Under the pieces are notes generated by a model. It saw nothing but the letters and a program-made list of their open reading frames with translations, ran no database searches and had not been told where the DNA came from. This document shows, piece by piece, positions 16,010 to 17,004 of a stretch of 17,004 nt of DNA. Position 1 is the stretch's first letter. Every line of letters begins with the position of its first letter. The stretch covers positions 1 to 17,004 of the forward strand of contig JBDRBK010000153.1 in assembly GCA_043822705.1 (NCBI GenBank), written 5' to 3'. The DNA comes from Fidelibacterota bacterium (lineage in GTDB: Bacteria > Fidelibacterota > Marinisomatia > Marinisomatales > TCS56). The position numbers and the translations under genes were made by a program.

Positions 16010-16136
16010 TCGGGCGGGCAATAGAGTTCACGCCCCAGAGGTCTGACCGCCATCCCTGATTGATTTAGCAGCCCCGGTAATCCCCGTACCCTGGTGGTAG
16101 AATATATCCGCTTAGATCAGGAGTCGGTAATCGCGT

Positions 16137-17003
16137 TCAGGTGCGGAAGTTTTTGATCCGGTAGGTGAACGACAGCAAATAATAGCGCGTCAGCGCCAAC
16201 GTACGATTTTCTTCGATATAATTGCCGGTTGTCGTCTGTGAAATATTGCTGTTCTGACCCAGTACATCGTAAACGGCAAACTGGATTTCACCGCGGTCAT
16301 CGGCGAACAGCTTTTTGCCCAGACCCATGTTCAACAGCACCAGGGCGTTCTCACCGGCGACGGAAAACCCGTTGTAGGTCTGGTACTCCAGATTGGCATG
16401 GGTGGTGATTCCGGGACCGATGGTCCACTCCAGCTTGCCGGAAGTATTCAGGGTCGAGTAGGTGGAATTCGGGTTGGTGTTGAGCGTGTTGCCGATCTGA
16501 TACCAGGTCGATTTGGAGGTCAGGGTGAAGTCCAGCCGTTCGCTGATATTACTGGCCAGCACCAGGTGCAGACCGTAATTGAAATTATTGGACACGTTCT
16601 CAATACCGCTGATTAATCCCGGAGTGTTGGAGTAATTCGCGAATATATTGAAGTTCAGGTTGGATTTGAGCGGCGAGACCGGAAAAGCATAGGTGAGAAA
16701 TGAGCCGAACGTATAATAGCCGTCCAGGTTTTCCGGCACTACCAGCCGGCTGCCCGCCGGCAGCGGTATGCCCTGATAAACCGTACTGTCGCTGGCATAG
16801 ATGGTGTTGCTGCCGATGTAATCGTTGGCAAGATTGAGGGTCAGCATCGACAGGAAAAAAGTACCGCGGTCGGGATTGGAGGCGGCATAGTTGAGCATCA
16901 GCCGGTGCTCGGTCTGCTGTTTCAGGTCGGGATTTCCGGTGGATTGCTGCAGCGGATTGCTGTTATCCACCACGGCCTGCAACTGCTGGATGGTCGGTGT
17001 CCG
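16137..17003 (-). CDS. Outer-membrane beta-barrel (TonB-dependent receptor-like) protein, 3' part only
   Basis: The frame stays open to the window edge (RTPTIQQLQAVVDNSNPL..GNPDLK). Alternating beta-strand pattern, YDVLGQN, and C-terminal RYYLLSFTYRI. Confidence 0.85.
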   Translation of the reverse strand, partial: RTPTIQQLQAVVDNSNPLQQSTGNPDLKQQTEHRLMLNYAASNPDRGTFFLSMLTLNLANDYIGSNTIYASDSTVYQGIPLPAGSRLVVPENLDGYYTFGSFLTYAFPVSPLKSNLNFNIFANYSNTPGLISGIENVSNNFNYGLHLVLASNISERLDFTLTSKSTWYQIGNTLNTNPNSTYSTLNTSGKLEWTIGPGITTHANLEYQTYNGFSVAGENALVLLNMGLGKKLFADDRGEIQFAVYDVLGQNSNISQTTTGNYIEENRTLALTRYYLLSFTYRIKNFRT

Positions 17004-17004
17004 G

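Noticed and set aside
16010..16090. c-di-GMP-I riboswitch resemblance
   Set aside because: It lacks the GGCAAAC, GNRA and GCAAAGC core elements and lies downstream of both flanking genes.

Overview
GC-rich bacterial chromosomal window. The archaeal/eukaryal-type ProRS, DUF6576-tailed rhomboid and 'AYPNPFNP' C-terminal sorting domains suggest an FCB-superphylum organism (Marinimicrobia/Calditrichota-like; inference). The housekeeping scaffold is proS-recO-(His/Cys hypothetical)-rhomboid on +, eno-ftsB on -, a FemAB-like GNAT plus Wzx-type flippase on +, and a 5'-truncated outer-membrane beta-barrel gene. Within it lies an accessory block (about 4030-11700). On the - strand are three secreted proteins with T9SS-like/FlgD C-terminal sorting domains: two endonuclease I family nucleases and one GC-chimeric beta-sandwich protein. 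These are divergent from a three-gene operon motA-like, motB-like and an exported SH3/Ig-like protein, with no flagellar genes in the window, followed by a composite repeat patch. The best candidates for something new are the orphan, modified, probably Na+-type stator operon, the chimeric cargo gene with an inverted repeat at its compositional junction, and a soluble DUF4105/Lnb-like permuted papain-fold protein coupled to the rhomboid. No rRNA, tRNA, CRISPR array, transposase or integrase was seen. All family calls come from motif recognition by eye, not from database searches.
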